From NCBI GenBank assembly GCA_963665125.2, contig CAXXUK010000001.1:1760001-1824000 (forward strand): a stretch of DNA of 64,000 bases, read 5' to 3'. Every line of letters starts with the position of its first letter. Positions within the stretch are counted from its first letter, which is position 1. The position numbers were made by a program, and so were the translations under genes. The stretch comes from an uncultured Desulfarculus sp. (GTDB lineage: Bacteria > Desulfobacterota > Desulfarculia > Desulfarculales > Desulfarculaceae). Of this stretch, positions 28,563-38,556 are shown piece after piece. The notes under the pieces are model-generated. The model was given only the letters and a program-made list of their open reading frames with translations. It searched no databases and was not told the DNA's origin.

Positions 28563-29336
28563 ATGGTGTACGGCAAGGCGGATTATTTCAAGAAAACCGG
28601 TAAGGCCGGTTTTTCTCCAAAGGAGCGCGAAGAACTCATCCTCGAATACGCTCCCATGATCCGCTTTGTTGCCGGACGCATCGCCATGCGCCTGCCGTCC
28701 CACGTGTCAATCGAGGACCTGATAAGCTCCGGCGTGTTGGGCCTCATTGATGCGGTTGACAAGTTCGACCCGGAAAAGAACGTTCAATTCAAGACTTACG
28801 CCGAATTCCGCATCAGGGGGGCCATCCTGGACGAACTGCGGGCCATGGACTGGGTGCCCCGCAGCGTGCGGAAAAAAAGCTCCGACCTGGAGGAAGTCAT
28901 CGGGCGGCTGCAAAATGCATTGGGCCGGCCGGCCGAAGACGAGGAGATCGCGGCGGAGTTGGGCATTTCACTGCCCGATTTACACCGGCTGTTGGACGAG
29001 GTCAGCGGGGTAAGCCTGCTGAGCCTGGACGACCCGGAAAATCCTCTGGGCAACCTGGACTCGGAACAGGTCATGGAGGCCCTGGGCCGGGAAGGTCTGG
29101 AAGACCCTCTGGCCCGCCTGGGCCTGCTGGAACTGCGAACAACGGTGGCCCAAACCATAGAAGGGTTGCCAGAGAAAGAGAAACTAGTGGTATCATTGTA
29201 TTATTACGATGAGTTAACCATGAGGGAAATCGGCGAGGTATTAGGCTACACAGAATCAAGGATAAGCCAGATGCACACCAAGGCCATCTTGCGCCTGCGG
29301 GCCAGGCTCAGGGGCTTGGGTGGTCCCGAATCATAG
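28563..29336 (+). CDS. fliA: Flagellar sigma factor sigma28
   Basis: RIRGAILDELRAMDWVPRSVR; TESRISQMH. Confidence 0.96.
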   Translation: MVYGKADYFKKTGKAGFSPKEREELILEYAPMIRFVAGRIAMRLPSHVSIEDLISSGVLGLIDAVDKFDPEKNVQFKTYAEFRIRGAILDELRAMDWVPRSVRKKSSDLEEVIGRLQNALGRPAEDEEIAAELGISLPDLHRLLDEVSGVSLLSLDDPENPLGNLDSEQVMEALGREGLEDPLARLGLLELRTTVAQTIEGLPEKEKLVVSLYYYDELTMREIGEVLGYTESRISQMHTKAILRLRARLRGLGGPES

Positions 29337-29351
29337 CCAGGAGAGTTTTGA

Positions 29352-29741
29352 ATGCCAAATTTCGACACCAAGATGAAAATTCTCGTGGTCGACGATTTTT
29401 CGACCATGCGGCGTATCGTTAAAAACATTTTGCGTCAGCTGGGTTTTGAAAACATCGTTGAGGCGGAAGACGGCCAGGCGGCGCAAGCCAAACTGGAGAC
29501 TGAGCGCATCGACTTTGTGGTCAGCGACTGGAACATGCCCAACATGAGCGGCCTTGATCTGCTCAAGTGGGTGCGCAGCCACGATGAATTCAAAGACCTT
29601 CCCTTCTTGATGGTCACCGCCGAGGCCCAGAAGGAAAACGTGCTCGAGGCGGTAAAAGCCAAGGTCAGCAACTACATTGTCAAGCCGTTCACGGCAGAGA
29701 CCTTGGGCGAAAAGATCGATAAGATCTTTGCCGACCGCTAA
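29352..29741 (+). CDS. cheY: Chemotaxis response regulator CheY
   Basis: [28 protein letters not shown]. Confidence 0.95.
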   Translation: MPNFDTKMKILVVDDFSTMRRIVKNILRQLGFENIVEAEDGQAAQAKLETERIDFVVSDWNMPNMSGLDLLKWVRSHDEFKDLPFLMVTAEAQKENVLEAVKAKVSNYIVKPFTAETLGEKIDKIFADR

Positions 29742-29772
29742 GTTCGCACAGCCGGAAACGGCGAGGTAAAAG

Positions 29773-30564
29773 GTGGCTCAGGAAGAAAACCAGACCCCGC
29801 GGCCGGGCGGCACGTCTCCCAAGGCCTTGGAGGAGGGCTCGTTGATGAACGAGGCCTTTGACGAGTCCATTTTGGCCGAAATTGAACAGCGCCTTGAGAA
29901 CGGAGAAGATGAACAGCTAGATGATGTCATCGCCGTAGGTGACAAGGTCGAGTTGGATCGGGCCGACCTGCCTCTTGATGGTTTTCTGCCTGAGGGCACA
30001 GACGTTGAGCACGAAGAGGTCGAAGTCGACCTGGCCGACCAAGACCTGACATATCCGGACGGTGAGCAGGAGGAAGCCGAGGAAGAGAAGCCTCCCGGCA
30101 CCGCCAAGAGGATGATCCTGGCGGCCGCGGCGGTATTGATCATAGTGGCCATCGCCGGTGGCGTGGGCTTTTGGTATTCCCGCCAGGAGGGCGAAAAAAT
30201 AGAAAAGCCGGAAGAAATGCCGCCCTGGATGTTCGCCGGTCAAATACCTTTGCCCTCTGATCAACTTCGTCTGGAATTGGAGCCGTTCATTGTTCCTCTG
30301 TTGAACTCCAAGGAAGGCAACATCCTGCGCATGACGGTCACGGTGGAGGCGATGGATGCTGAAAGCAAAACCGAATTGACCGACCGCGTCGTCGACATGC
30401 GCGACGTCATTTACCGGGCCCTGCGGGACCGGCCGGCCACCGAGTTGAAACAAGCCGAGAAAAAACGGCTCCTGCAGGCCCAATTAAAGGCCGAGTTGAA
30501 CCACTCCTTTAAACAGTTGTGGGTTCACCGGGTTGATTTTACTCAGTTCCTGATTTCGGGGTGA
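29773..30564 (+). CDS. Second FliL-like protein with long acidic N-terminus
   Basis: Acidic region, TM, LEPFIVPL, MRDVIY, VDFTQFLI (FliL-like C-domain). Confidence 0.72.
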   Translation: MAQEENQTPRPGGTSPKALEEGSLMNEAFDESILAEIEQRLENGEDEQLDDVIAVGDKVELDRADLPLDGFLPEGTDVEHEEVEVDLADQDLTYPDGEQEEAEEEKPPGTAKRMILAAAAVLIIVAIAGGVGFWYSRQEGEKIEKPEEMPPWMFAGQIPLPSDQLRLELEPFIVPLLNSKEGNILRMTVTVEAMDAESKTELTDRVVDMRDVIYRALRDRPATELKQAEKKRLLQAQLKAELNHSFKQLWVHRVDFTQFLISG

Positions 30565-30568
30565 TGCC

Positions 30569-30886
30569 ATGGGCACTTCGGTTCCCAATTTGCCGCAGAT
30601 AATCCAGCAGGCCGGCGATGTCAGCCGAATGCAGGACCAGGCGCAGAAGACCGGCGAAGTGCAGCAGCAATCCGCAGCGGCCGAGGCCGAAGAGCAGCGC
30701 CAGGAGCAAAACCGCCAGGTGCAGGCCAACCCGGAGTCAGACGCCCAAAACCGCGTCAAGGCCAGGGACCAACGCAAGGACCGCCAAAACAGGCGCGGAA
30801 AAAACAAGCAGCAAGATACCGAAGAACAAGCGCAGGAACCCAGCCAAACAAAGGGCGGGGGCGGCCTGGTTGACGTGGTGGTCTGA
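30569..30886 (+). CDS. Gln-rich hypothetical protein
   Basis: Tightly packed in the operon; ends GGGLVDVVV. Confidence 0.65.
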   Translation: MGTSVPNLPQIIQQAGDVSRMQDQAQKTGEVQQQSAAAEAEEQRQEQNRQVQANPESDAQNRVKARDQRKDRQNRRGKNKQQDTEEQAQEPSQTKGGGGLVDVVV

Positions 30887-31377
30887 TGAGCTGGTTGTGG
30901 TGGATTCAGATAGGGGCCGATATCCTGCTTATTGGGGCGGTGGTTCTGTTATTAGGCAAGCTCAACCGCCTGGGCGGGTTGCGCTCGGCCTCATCCACCG
31001 ACGACCTCGATGAGTTCATCGACGAAGCGGGCCAACTGGCCAAGGAGTTCGACCGCCTGCTGGCCGAGAAACGTCAACTGGTGGGCACCACACTCAAGAC
31101 CCTTGACCAAAGAATCGATCAGCTCAACACAATGCTGATCCAGGCTGAGAAGACCGGGGCCAAGCTGCAAAAGGCCCAGGCGGAGCCAAGGCAGTCAAAA
31201 CCGGCGCCGGCCAAGCCCGCCGGGCCCGTTGCCGGAGAATCGGGACCGGCGGTGTTCCGGCGCAAGGTCGAGGAACTCAGCCGCCTGGGCCGCACCCCGG
31301 CCCAGATAGCCGAGGCCACCGGACGCCCCAGGGGCGAGGTGGAGCTTGTGTTGGGCCTGGCCGCCACTGAACAATAG
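30886..31377 (+). CDS. Membrane-anchored coiled-coil protein with C-terminal HTH-like motif (DUF2802-like)
   Basis: N-terminal TM, coiled coil, GRTPAQIAEATGRPRGEVELVL. Confidence 0.65.
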   Translation: MSWLWWIQIGADILLIGAVVLLLGKLNRLGGLRSASSTDDLDEFIDEAGQLAKEFDRLLAEKRQLVGTTLKTLDQRIDQLNTMLIQAEKTGAKLQKAQAEPRQSKPAPAKPAGPVAGESGPAVFRRKVEELSRLGRTPAQIAEATGRPRGEVELVLGLAATEQ

Positions 31378-31386
31378 CACTATCTG

Positions 31387-32502
31387 ATGAAGACCTTTCT
31401 GCCCGGCATATTCGGGAAAACCGACACCACCCAGAAAAGCGCCAAGACAAACGCCCAGGATCTTTCTCCAGGCCGCGAGGTCAAGGCCACGGTGTTGGAG
31501 GTCTTGCCGGGCAACCGAGCCCTGGTCCGCCTGATGGGCCAAACCATCAACGCCGAGAGCGAAACGCCGCTCAAGCAGGGCCAGAGCCTTGACCTGGTGG
31601 TGGAGCAGACCACGCCGCGCCTGGTGCTTTCCCTGGGCGGCGGCCAGGTCAAACCGGCCGGCCTGTTCAACCAGGCCCTGGGCGAACTCTTGGCGGGCAA
31701 CCAGCGGATCGGCCAGCATTTGTCCAGCCTGCTCGACATTGATTTCAAATCCGATCCCCTGCCCGACCCCAAACTGCAACAGGCCGTGGTCAAGCTGCAA
31801 GAGGCCGTCAGCCAGGTCACCATTGACCAGGCCAAATCCCAGGAATCCCAAGCCATCAGGCAGGCCCTTTCCGATCTTCCGGCCAAGGGCGGCCTGAACC
31901 TTGAGGCCGTCTTGGCCAAGGGACATATCCCCCAGGACAATATCCGCACCCTGGTCAGTTTCATCTCCCAGCATCTGGACCAGCAGTTGATCAAGCTGGC
32001 CGACGGCGATCCGGGCCGGGCGGCGGACCTGCGCCGGTTTTCCACGGCCGCCAAAGGCCTGGCCTCGTTGATGGAGGCCAACGTCAAGGTCAACGCGGAG
32101 TTGATGCCCAGGGAGGCCTCGCTTTTGTTGCTGTTGCCCATGCTTTTGGGCGACGGCCTGGACCGGGGCCAGCTTCTGTTTGACCTGCCCGATCCGGAAA
32201 CCAGACAAAGCCGGGGAGAAACCACCCGGTTGGTGTTTTTCCTGCATCTGTCCGGCCTGGGTCCGCTGGTCATCGAGGCCCAGGTGGCGCCGGGCCTGAT
32301 TAAGGCCGATTTTCTGGTGGACCGGCCGGAGAAGGCCGAGTTTTTGAAACAGCGGCTGCCCGAGTTGTCGAGTACCTTGCAAGTCCTGGGCTATGAAGCC
32401 TTTTTCAGCGTGCACGTGCATCCCAGCGAGGAACTGGAACAACAGTCCCCCTTGGCCGGCCTGATCCGCCAGGACGGTCACTATCTGTCGGTGACCGTAT
32501 GA
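31387..32502 (+). CDS. FliK-like C-terminal domain protein
   Basis: FFLHLSGLGPLVIEA...LKQRLPELSSTLQVLGY; coupled to an FlhB-C-like gene. Confidence 0.7.
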   Translation: MKTFLPGIFGKTDTTQKSAKTNAQDLSPGREVKATVLEVLPGNRALVRLMGQTINAESETPLKQGQSLDLVVEQTTPRLVLSLGGGQVKPAGLFNQALGELLAGNQRIGQHLSSLLDIDFKSDPLPDPKLQQAVVKLQEAVSQVTIDQAKSQESQAIRQALSDLPAKGGLNLEAVLAKGHIPQDNIRTLVSFISQHLDQQLIKLADGDPGRAADLRRFSTAAKGLASLMEANVKVNAELMPREASLLLLLPMLLGDGLDRGQLLFDLPDPETRQSRGETTRLVFFLHLSGLGPLVIEAQVAPGLIKADFLVDRPEKAEFLKQRLPELSSTLQVLGYEAFFSVHVHPSEELEQQSPLAGLIRQDGHYLSVTV

Positions 32503-32807
32503 AAGACCAGCAAAAGCCCATCAAGATCAAAAAAGCCGTGGCCGTGCGCTACAAGCCCGGAGAAGACGACGCCCCCAGGGTCACGGCCAAGGGGCGCTCC
32601 AAGGTGGCCGATCGCATCCTGGAGCTGGCCCGGGAACACGGCATACCCATCAAGGAAGACCCCGACCTGGTGGAAGTCCTGTCGCGATTGGACCTGGACC
32701 AGGAAATACCGCCGGATCTTTACGTGGTCGTCGCCGAGATACTTGCCTTTGTCTACAAGGCCAACCAGGACTGGCGGCAAAGATTCACTGACAGCCAAAC
32801 CAGGTAG
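32499..32807 (+). CDS. Stand-alone FlhB C-terminal domain protein (FlhX/YlqH-like)
   Basis: AVAVRY...APRVTAKGRSKVADRILELAREHGIPI...EIPPDLYVVVAEILAFVY. Confidence 0.88.
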   Translation: MKDQQKPIKIKKAVAVRYKPGEDDAPRVTAKGRSKVADRILELAREHGIPIKEDPDLVEVLSRLDLDQEIPPDLYVVVAEILAFVYKANQDWRQRFTDSQTR

Positions 32808-32959
32808 GCAATTACTTCCGGCCGCCAACATAACGCCGCCCTACGCCAACAACCCGACACGCTCCCAGACAAACCAATATCAGTCAATCAATTGATTTAA
32901 TTATTATTTTATCAATTTACGCCATCAACAAACGCAAGTTTGCCACGCTTTCGCCGCGC

Positions 32960-32975
32960 TGGCATGGACGTTGCA
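32960..32975 (+). promoter_or_regulatory. sigma54 promoter for the flgF...fliW operon
   Basis: TGGCATGGACGTTGCA (GG-N10-GC) with an AT-rich tract upstream. Confidence 0.8.
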
Positions 32976-33013
32976 ATAATCAGGAGCGAATTGTTTGGCG
33001 GAGAGAAACCCAG

Positions 33014-33709
33014 ATGTATTACGACCAAGGATTAACCGACGCAGCGTACGGCAGCCTGATCCAGATTCGCAACATGGACATGACTGCCAACAACCTGGCC
33101 AACTCGGCCACCAGTGGGTACAAGGCCGACCGCCTGGTTTTTGACGATGCGCTTTCCCGCGAACTGAAGACGGACTTCAGCCAGGGTTCCCTGCGCGAAA
33201 CGGGCAACAAACTCGACCTGGCCATAACCGGCGAAGGTTTTTTCATGATCAACACGCCCGACGGCCAGCGTCTTACCCGCAGCGGCGTCTTTCAGACGAC
33301 GGCCCAGGGCGCGCTGGTCACTCCGGAAGGCCATCAGGTCCTGGACAGCAACCGCGCGCCCATCACCCTGAACCCGGCCGGCGGCGACATCTACGTCGAC
33401 GAGCAGGGCAATATCTATCAGGAGGGCGAGCAGGTGGCCACCATCGCCATTGTCGAGCCCACGGACATGGGCTCCTTGATGAAGGACGGCCGCACATCGT
33501 TCATGAACTCCGACGGCAACCTGCCGGAAACGACGCCGGGCGACAACTTTTCAATCGCCCAGGGCGCCATCGAGATGAGCAACGTCAACATAGTCAAGCA
33601 GATGGTCAGCATGATCACCGCCCAGCGTGCCTTCGAATCCTACCAGAAGGCCATCCATTCTTTGTCTGAGATAGACCAAAAAGCCGTCAATCAGGTCGGC
33701 AAGGTTTAG
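33014..33709 (+). CDS. flgF: Basal-body rod protein FlgF
   Basis: ANNLANSATSGYK, TGNKLDLAI, EMSNVN; precedes flgG. Confidence 0.9.
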   Translation: MYYDQGLTDAAYGSLIQIRNMDMTANNLANSATSGYKADRLVFDDALSRELKTDFSQGSLRETGNKLDLAITGEGFFMINTPDGQRLTRSGVFQTTAQGALVTPEGHQVLDSNRAPITLNPAGGDIYVDEQGNIYQEGEQVATIAIVEPTDMGSLMKDGRTSFMNSDGNLPETTPGDNFSIAQGAIEMSNVNIVKQMVSMITAQRAFESYQKAIHSLSEIDQKAVNQVGKV

Positions 33710-33724
33710 TGGAGGATATGAGCC

Positions 33725-34507
33725 ATGATGAGGAGCCTTTACACCGCGGCCACGGGAATGACCGCCCAGGAACTCAACCTGGATGTAATTTCCAACAACT
33801 TGGCCAACGTCAACACCACCGGTTTTAAAAAGAGCCGGGCCGACTTTGAAGACCTGATGTACCAGACCATGCGCCAGCCCGGCGCCCAGCAGGCCGGCGG
33901 CAACATGATCCCCACCGGCAAGCAGGTGGGCATGGGCGTTCGGCCCGTGGCCATCCAGAAGATCTGGACCCAGGGCGACTATCAGCAGACCGACAACCAG
34001 CTGGACATCGCCATTGAGGGCGACGGCTTCTTCCTGATCCAGAAGGACAACGAAGACGTCTACACCAGGGACGGATCGTTCAAGCTCAACAACAACCGCG
34101 ACATCGTCGACAGCAACGGCAACCTGTTGGTGCCCCAGATGACGGTGCCGGAAAACACCACCTCCATCACCGTCGACCCCAACGGTCTGGTGACGGCCCT
34201 GGCCTCCGACGGCGTGGCCACCGAATTGGGCAACGTCCAGCTCTACACGTTCCCCAACGCCTCGGGCCTGATGGCCGTGGGCCGCAACTACTTCCGCGAG
34301 ACCCCCGCCTCGGGCGCTCCCGTGGCCGGCGACCCCGGCACGGACCAGTACGGCACCCTGGCCCAGGGTTTCCTGGAAATGAGCAACGTCAGCGTGGTGG
34401 ACGAAATGGTCAACATGATCGTGGCCCAGAGGGCCTACGAAGCCAACTCCAAGGCCATCACCACCGCCGACCAGATGCTTCAGACCGCCAACCAGGTCAA
34501 GCGGTAA
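33725..34507 (+). CDS. flgG: Distal rod protein FlgG
   Basis: SNNLANVNTTGFKKSRADFEDLMYQ; LEMSNVSVVDEM. Confidence 0.97.
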   Translation: MMRSLYTAATGMTAQELNLDVISNNLANVNTTGFKKSRADFEDLMYQTMRQPGAQQAGGNMIPTGKQVGMGVRPVAIQKIWTQGDYQQTDNQLDIAIEGDGFFLIQKDNEDVYTRDGSFKLNNNRDIVDSNGNLLVPQMTVPENTTSITVDPNGLVTALASDGVATELGNVQLYTFPNASGLMAVGRNYFRETPASGAPVAGDPGTDQYGTLAQGFLEMSNVSVVDEMVNMIVAQRAYEANSKAITTADQMLQTANQVKR

Positions 34508-34519
34508 GGAGTCTTAGTC

Positions 34520-35488
34520 ATGCGGCTTAACAGGACGGCAATAATCATAATCGCTTTGACGGCCCTGCTGGCGGCCGCCGCCGCCCAGGCTGCAACCGGT
34601 GTCTTGTCTTTTCGCGCCAACGCCGAAGTGGACGTCAGGCGCATCAGCCTTTTGGATCTGGTGGATGATCCGGCCGGGCTGGATCAGCAGGTCAGGGACA
34701 AGCTCAAGATGGTCTTTGTCTGCATCGCCCCCACCAAGGGCAACACCCGCACCATCAGGGGAGAGGCCCTGCGCAGCCTGTTGAAGAAGGCCAACCTTCC
34801 CAAGGACCTGACCACGCTGCTGCCCGCCGAGGTCAGCATCCGCCGGGCCGTGCAGTTGATCGAAAGCACGGACATCGCCCAGGCCTACCGCGATGCGGTG
34901 ATGAGGCGGCTGGGCCCCGGCGCCAACAAGGTCGATATCCACTCCATCAAGACCGGCTCCGAGCAGGCCGTCACCGCCGGTGATGTCGAGTACAAGGTCC
35001 GATTCCTCAGCGACCGGATTCTGGGCCGGGTGCCCGCCCTGGTCGAGCTGATCGTCAATGGCCGCAAGGTTCGCCACGTCCGGGTCACCGGAATCGTCGA
35101 TGTCTACTCGGCGGTGGTCGTGGCCAGCCGCACCATGAGCCGCGGCCAGATCATCGGCCCCGAAGACGTGGAACTCTGCCGCATGAACCTGGCCGAAGCC
35201 CCCCGCGGCGTGGTCAGCGACCCCGACCGCCTGGTTGGCATGCGCACCAGGGGCTCCATCGGAGCCGGCGAAGCCATCGAGATGAGCTGGGTCGAACGCA
35301 CCCCGCTGATCAAGCGCGGCGACATCGTAACAATGATAGTTAATGCTCCCGGCCTGAAGATTAGCACCAAGGGCCGCGCCGAGCAGACCGGATACAGCGG
35401 CGGCTCCATCCGCCTGACCAACCTGGCCACCCAACGCACCGTCGCCGGCCGAGTCAACGACGACGGAACGGTTGTGGTGGAATTCTAG
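34520..35488 (+). CDS. flgA: P-ring formation chaperone FlgA
   Basis: Signal peptide, SAF domain, LIKRGDIV...GRA...IRLTN; lies between flgG and flgH. Confidence 0.88.
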   Translation: MRLNRTAIIIIALTALLAAAAAQAATGVLSFRANAEVDVRRISLLDLVDDPAGLDQQVRDKLKMVFVCIAPTKGNTRTIRGEALRSLLKKANLPKDLTTLLPAEVSIRRAVQLIESTDIAQAYRDAVMRRLGPGANKVDIHSIKTGSEQAVTAGDVEYKVRFLSDRILGRVPALVELIVNGRKVRHVRVTGIVDVYSAVVVASRTMSRGQIIGPEDVELCRMNLAEAPRGVVSDPDRLVGMRTRGSIGAGEAIEMSWVERTPLIKRGDIVTMIVNAPGLKISTKGRAEQTGYSGGSIRLTNLATQRTVAGRVNDDGTVVVEF

Positions 35489-35499
35489 GAGGCTCGACC

Positions 35500-36183
35500 A
35501 TGAGAACTAAAGCCATGGCCACCCTGATCATCGCCGCCAGCATCTGCATGGCCGGCTGCGCCACCGACCCCGGCAAGTTCGAGGCCAAGCTTCCGCCCAC
35601 GCCGCCGCCGCGCTATGACCTGAAGATGCCCAAGCCCACGGCCGGTTCGCTGTTCGTGGCGGCCAAGAGCGACTACTTCACGGATCTGCGGGCCCGCCAG
35701 GTCGGCGACGTCATCGTGGTGGAGATCGTTGAAAATTCCAAGGCCTACAAGAAGAACGACACAAAGGCCGAACGCAAGACCAACTACGCAATCGGCGTGG
35801 CCAACTTCCTGGGCGCCGAAGACACGGTGCTCGGCGAAAACCCCGACAAGCTGATCACGGCCAATTTCAACAACAAGAGCGACGCCAAGGCCCAACTCTC
35901 AAAGCAGGACACCATGACCAGCTCCATCGGCTGCACGGTCATCGAGGTGCTGGCCAACGGCAACATGATCATCAAGGGCTCCCGTGAACTTCAGGTTAAC
36001 GGCGAGACCCAGTACATCGTCCTGCAGGGCACCGTTCGCCCCACGGACGTGACCACCGACAACACTGTTTATTCCACGCAGCTGGCCGACGCCACCATCC
36101 ATTACACCGGCCGCGGCGTCCTGAGCGACAAGCAGACCCCCGGCTGGCTGGGACGTTTGATCGACCATATCTGGCCTTTCTAG
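35500..36183 (+). CDS. flgH: L-ring lipoprotein FlgH
   Basis: Lipobox MAGC, DLRARQVGD, VLANGNMIIKG, PGWL...IWPF. Confidence 0.95.
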   Translation: MRTKAMATLIIAASICMAGCATDPGKFEAKLPPTPPPRYDLKMPKPTAGSLFVAAKSDYFTDLRARQVGDVIVVEIVENSKAYKKNDTKAERKTNYAIGVANFLGAEDTVLGENPDKLITANFNNKSDAKAQLSKQDTMTSSIGCTVIEVLANGNMIIKGSRELQVNGETQYIVLQGTVRPTDVTTDNTVYSTQLADATIHYTGRGVLSDKQTPGWLGRLIDHIWPF

Positions 36184-36194
36184 TGAGGTGTGAG

Positions 36195-37298
36195 ATGAAG
36201 CTCCGCAGCGCAGTAATCATCATCATCGCCCTGAGCATTCTGCTCCTGGCGGGCCAGGCCTGGGCCGTGCGCCTCAAGGACATGGCCGACATTCACGGCG
36301 TGCGCAGCAACCAGCTCATCGGTTACGGGCTGGTGGTGGGTCTGAACGGCAGCGGCGACAAATCCGCCACCACATTCACCGTGCAGGGCCTGACCAACAT
36401 GCTCACCCGCATGGGGGTCAAGGTCTCAGCGGACAAGGTCAAGGTCAAGAACGTGGCCGCGGTCATGGTCACAGCCGAGTTGCCGCCCTACGCCCGCACC
36501 GGCAGCCGCATCGACATTACGCTCAGCTCTCTGGGCGACGCCACCAGCCTGGCCGGCGGCACCCTGATCATGACTCCCCTCAAGGGCGTCAACGGCGAGA
36601 TCTACGCCGTGGCCCAGGGCCCGGTCAGCGTGGGTGGTTTTTCAGCCGGCGGCGAAGCGGCCAGCGTTTCCAAGAACCACCCCACCGTGGGCCGCATCCC
36701 CGGCGGAGCGCTGATTGAGCGCGAAGTCAACGAGACCTTCGGCGAAAACCGCAAGCTGTCGGTGAACCTGAACACGCCGGACTTCACCACGGCCTCCAGG
36801 GTGGCCCAGAGCATCCGCAGGGACCTGCCATCGCTCAATCCCAAGGCCTTGGACCCCTCCACAGTGGAAATCATCCTGCCCGAAGACGGCAGGGACTATG
36901 TGGGCCTGATGGCCCGCCTGGAAAACCTGGAGATCCAGCCAGACGTCTCGGCCAAGGTCGTGGTCGATGAACGCACCGGCACGGTGGTCATGGGCGAAGC
37001 GGTGCGCATCAGCACAGTGGCCGTGGCCTCGGGGGCCCTGAGCATCAGCGTCACCGAAACCGACGAGGTCAGCCAGGCCCTGCCCTTGGCACCCGGCGGC
37101 GAGACGGTCGTGGTGCCGCGCACCGAAGTCAAGGTCGGTGAGCAAAAGGTGCCCTTGGCCGTGGTCAAGAGCGGCGTTTCCATCGGCCAGGTGGTCAAGG
37201 CTTTGAACGCACTGGGCGCCACTCCCAGAGATCTGATCGTCATCCTCCAGGCCATCGAGGCCGCGGGGGCCTTGCAGGCAAAGCTGGAGATTATCTAG
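36195..37298 (+). CDS. flgI: P-ring protein FlgI
   Basis: GVRSNQLIGYGLVVGLNGSGD; KNVAAVMVTA. Confidence 0.97.
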   Translation: MKLRSAVIIIIALSILLLAGQAWAVRLKDMADIHGVRSNQLIGYGLVVGLNGSGDKSATTFTVQGLTNMLTRMGVKVSADKVKVKNVAAVMVTAELPPYARTGSRIDITLSSLGDATSLAGGTLIMTPLKGVNGEIYAVAQGPVSVGGFSAGGEAASVSKNHPTVGRIPGGALIEREVNETFGENRKLSVNLNTPDFTTASRVAQSIRRDLPSLNPKALDPSTVEIILPEDGRDYVGLMARLENLEIQPDVSAKVVVDERTGTVVMGEAVRISTVAVASGALSISVTETDEVSQALPLAPGGETVVVPRTEVKVGEQKVPLAVVKSGVSIGQVVKALNALGATPRDLIVILQAIEAAGALQAKLEII

Positions 37299-37299
37299 C

Positions 37300-38058
37300 A
37301 TGACCACCGGCAGCACCTACATACCGCCTAGCTACGACGTCAACACTAGCGGCCTGAACAAGCAGGAGTTGGAAAAGGCCAAGCTGAGCCAGGCCTGCAA
37401 GATGTTCGAGGCGTATTTCCTCAAGGAAATGATGTCGGCCATGCGCAGCACCCTGACCGGCGATCATCTGCTCTACGGCGGCAATGCCGAAGACATCTTT
37501 ACCGACATGCTCGACCAGGCCTATGCCGACGAGGCCGTCCAAGGCAGCGGCATGGGCCTTTCGGCGGTCCTGGAGCAACAGTTGACCAAGCAGGCCCCGG
37601 TGCGGCCCAGCGTCAACCTGGGCGCGACGGCTTCCTACGGCAGCAGTTCGGTGACCATCGAAACGCCATTGCAGGGCGAGATCACCAGCCTGTTCGGCAC
37701 GCGCATCCATCCCATCACCGGCGAGGAGCATAGCCACACCGGCATCGACCTGGCGGCCAAAGAAGGCACCGAAATCGAAGCCGCGGCCAGCGGACAAGTG
37801 GTTTTCGCCGGCGAAAAAGGCGGCTACGGCAACCTGGTTATAGTCGAGCACGCCGACGGCCAGCAAACCTACTACGCCCATTGCAGCGAACTGCTGGTCG
37901 AGCAGGGCCAAAAGGTCGCCAAGGGCCAAACAATTGCCCAGGTGGGCAGCACGGGAACCTCAACCGGACCACACTTGCATTTTGAACTTCGCGATGCATC
38001 AGGTACACCCCAAGACCCCCTGCCCCTGATAAAGGCCGGGCTGGATCTGACAGCGTAG
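37300..38058 (+). CDS. flgJ: FlgJ rod-binding domain fused to an M23 peptidase
   Basis: ACKMFEAYFLKEMMSAMR...FTDMLD (rod-binding) plus HTGIDL and GPHLHFE (M23 zinc motifs). Confidence 0.88.
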   Translation: MTTGSTYIPPSYDVNTSGLNKQELEKAKLSQACKMFEAYFLKEMMSAMRSTLTGDHLLYGGNAEDIFTDMLDQAYADEAVQGSGMGLSAVLEQQLTKQAPVRPSVNLGATASYGSSSVTIETPLQGEITSLFGTRIHPITGEEHSHTGIDLAAKEGTEIEAAASGQVVFAGEKGGYGNLVIVEHADGQQTYYAHCSELLVEQGQKVAKGQTIAQVGSTGTSTGPHLHFELRDASGTPQDPLPLIKAGLDLTA

Positions 38059-38068
38059 GAGAAAAACC

Positions 38069-38554
38069 ATGCAGCACGCCGTTGAAATAATTACCGCCGA
38101 ACTGGCGAAGGAAGTTCAATGTTACCGTGAACTTCTGGAAGTGGTGCAGGCGGAAAGGGACATTCTTCTCAATGGCGACCACAAGCGGCTGATGGGCACC
38201 GCCGAACAAAAACTCAGTCTTACCGAGCGGCTGGCCGCGGCCCAGGAAAACCGCCGCGAGGCCATGGTGGCCGTTAGCGGCACCCCGGACACACCGGCCA
38301 AGTTGATCGACCTGACACCGTTTTTGCCCCAGGAGAGCCGGGCCGATTTCCGCAGCACCGTTAGGGAAGCGGCCCGCCTGGCCAAGCGGCTGTCCCAGCT
38401 CAACGAAGGCAACAAGGGCTTTATCGAAGAGGCGCTGGATACGGTGGATCATTTACTAAGTATCATTACAGGATCGAACAAGGCCAGCACATATGACTCC
38501 CGGGGCATGACTCGCGGCAGCGCCGGACGCAGGCTCGTGGCCAAGGAGGTCTGA
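38069..38554 (+). CDS. flgN: FlgN-family export chaperone
   Basis: Helical protein between flgJ and flgK; LNEGNKGFI and TYDSRG C-terminal motif. Confidence 0.8.
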   Translation: MQHAVEIITAELAKEVQCYRELLEVVQAERDILLNGDHKRLMGTAEQKLSLTERLAAAQENRREAMVAVSGTPDTPAKLIDLTPFLPQESRADFRSTVREAARLAKRLSQLNEGNKGFIEEALDTVDHLLSIITGSNKASTYDSRGMTRGSAGRRLVAKEV

Positions 38555-38556
38555 TT

